From Eledone cirrhosa (lineage: Eukaryota): a stretch of DNA of 64,000 nucleotides. The number at the start of each line of letters is the position of its first letter. Position 1 is the first letter of the stretch. Location of the stretch: positions 21,452,001 through 21,516,000 of the forward strand of contig OZ024745.1 in assembly GCA_964016885.1 (NCBI GenBank). The letters are read 5' to 3'. Below are positions 62,208 through 64,000 of this stretch, piece after piece. The notes beneath the pieces were generated by a model. That model worked only from the letters and a program-made list of their open reading frames with translations, had not been told where the DNA came from and searched no databases. The position numbers were made by a program, and so were the translations under genes.

Positions 62208-62208
<1 letters not shown>
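60658..62208 (-). mobile_element. 5'-truncated R4/Dong-clade non-LTR retrotransposon in (TAA)n
   Basis: ORF remnant 60803-62208: YKYLG, RIYLPRKEGGRGL, CRVCKKQPETIDHIISMC, RHD, NRPDI..LIDMSVP, K..KY, PVVVGALG (RLE endonuclease). TAA arrays lie on both sides. Confidence 0.9.
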
Positions 62209-62280
<72 letters not shown>

Positions 62281-62282
<2 letters not shown>

Positions 62283-62411
62283 TTTTCTTTGTTATTTTAT
62301 TACATCCTCTGTTTTTTTTACACGCAGAAATGCCCATTTGTACCGTCCTGTATTGTCCTGTACTGTCCTTAATGTCTACTTTATGTAAACCCTTGTAGTT
62401 AATAAAGAAAA

Positions 62412-62413
<2 letters not shown>
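62281..62413 (+). mobile_element. 3'-UTR-only stub of Tx1 family A between TTA arrays
   Basis: Near-identical to 4840-4970. Confidence 0.92.
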
Positions 62414-62463
<50 letters not shown>

Positions 62464-64000
62464 GGCCACCTACGTAGTAAATCGTATCATCGTGAGCTCC
62501 GCAAAGGTTTGTTATTTCCGTTTGTTAAAAAATTGCCATTTATGGAAAATTTTATTGTTAACTGTTTATAAGCACACATACATTGTTTTCCGAAAAGGAC
62601 ACCCAAAAAGATTGGGGCCTTGTGCCCAAAATTTTAACTTTTATTATTATCAAAAAATTTCTTTGAAAAAAAATGGCTACTTCACCTCTGCACGAAGCAG
62701 CTGAAAGCCTTCCTCACAAAATCACACCTCACACCGACACCACCATTGTAAATGTTACTACGTTTGCCAACACAAAAAAAAAATATAAGCAGTAGCAATA
62801 TTTTAAATTTGTCTCAGGCAGACATTCATTTCCCGCCATTACCAATGACTGCAGGTGTTAAAGCCTCCACCACCACCACCACCGCGACAACCACCATCAC
62901 CACAACCACCGCGACAACAGAAACAAAAGAAGAAAAAAATAAATTAAGTCGTGATGTCGAAATGAAATCAAGCAAAATGGACTCTTCCCCACCAAAGACG
63001 ACTGACGTCACCACCACCACAACTGAAACTAAAATTAATATTAACGATAGCAACAACAACAACAATGACATTATAAACCCCCCCCCCCTCAGTTTCGCCA
63101 GAGTAGCAAAACAATTCGAAGCATTTACGGTAACTCAGTAAGATTTAGAAAATGCCAAACAAATGGTAAAGAAAGATGGGTACAGGGTCAGCCTCATCCC
63201 CCACCTAATAAAATGGAGCATCGGCGCCTATGCACCGTGTCGTATAGAGCAATAAATGTAAAATCGCGCCGAGTGGAACGGGCATCCGAGTCCCAAATCC
63301 TAAAAGCTTTGGGACATGTGTGGGCAAGAAAAACCCACATCAGACGTGGGCAAAAGTATGGAACCGTGGACGTGTTCTTTGAAACACCAGAGGAGGCTAG
63401 AGAACACTCCATGGCCCCATTAAAAAGTGACGACTTCACACTCGTCCCAAGCTATTGTGGACAAAGACTCGTAAAGATCAGGGTGACCCACGTTCCACCG
63501 GCCATCGAAATTCCCTGGCTAATAGCGGCCGTCCTCGCCGGCATCGAAGCCAACACGAAAATAATAGCAATAGCAAAAGAAAAGCAGGAAAACTAGTCCG
63601 GGTCTGGGATGGAGCTCCTGATCCAAGCGGACCAAAAAAGCATTGAGGAGATCCCAGAGGTAATATACCTCACTGACGGCAGCCACCTCGCGGTAATTGT
63701 CGAGGGCAGAAGACCTAGGTGTGTCGTTTGTGGTGAAGGAACCCACCTAAGGGCTTTCTGCCCTCAGGCTAAAAGGTTGAGGCCACCTCTCCTACCCACC
63801 CCAGTGACACAACCATCAACACCACCAGTAGCAGAGATGGCAGCAACAACTGTAGCAGCAACAACAGAAGCAACTATAACAGCAACAACCCCAGCAACAG
63901 TAGCAAAACCAACACCACCACCGCCACCAGCAAAACCAACACCACCACCACCCAACGCTTCAGAACTAGCACCAGCGCCTACACCATCCACCACGCCACA
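62464..64000 (+). mobile_element. 5' part of a second Tx1 family A copy (5' UTR + ORF1 pseudogene)
   Basis: Starts directly after (TTA)n. 63356-64000 is near-identical to 1-620. ORF1 runs from ~62752 with stops at 63139 and 63594. Confidence 0.93.

Overview
Eukaryotic (animal) non-genic DNA that is AT-rich and extremely rich in microsatellites. The SINE and microsatellite make-up suggests an octopus-like mollusc, but that is an inference. I could not support any host protein-coding gene; nearly all short ORFs are microsatellite read-throughs. The window is a mosaic of retroelements sorted by microsatellite. Tx1/L1-clade LINEs lie in (TTA)n (1-4970, 62281-62413, 62464-64000) and in (TATC)n (12614-18313, 11917-12564). 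An R4/Dong-type RLE element lies in (TAA)n (60658-62208), and RTE-derived non-autonomous elements lie in (ATGT)n. Helitron derivatives, tRNA-SINEs and minisatellites are also present. The most striking structure is a set of about ten fold-back (palindromic) insertions in (TA)n tracts, from at least six sequence-unrelated families. Most carry a recognisable type-I hammerhead ribozyme and share one geometry: one arm stops at a fixed point while the other continues into a 30-160 bp unpaired tail. One member encloses a Penelope-like (Naiad-type) RT-thumb/GIY-YIG coding fragment, linking the class to Penelope-like elements. Others enclose foreign sequence, and one folds back inside the ribozyme and duplicates its flank. 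Two divergent Tx1 families also share a perfect AG/GTAAGT splice-donor motif just upstream of ORF2.
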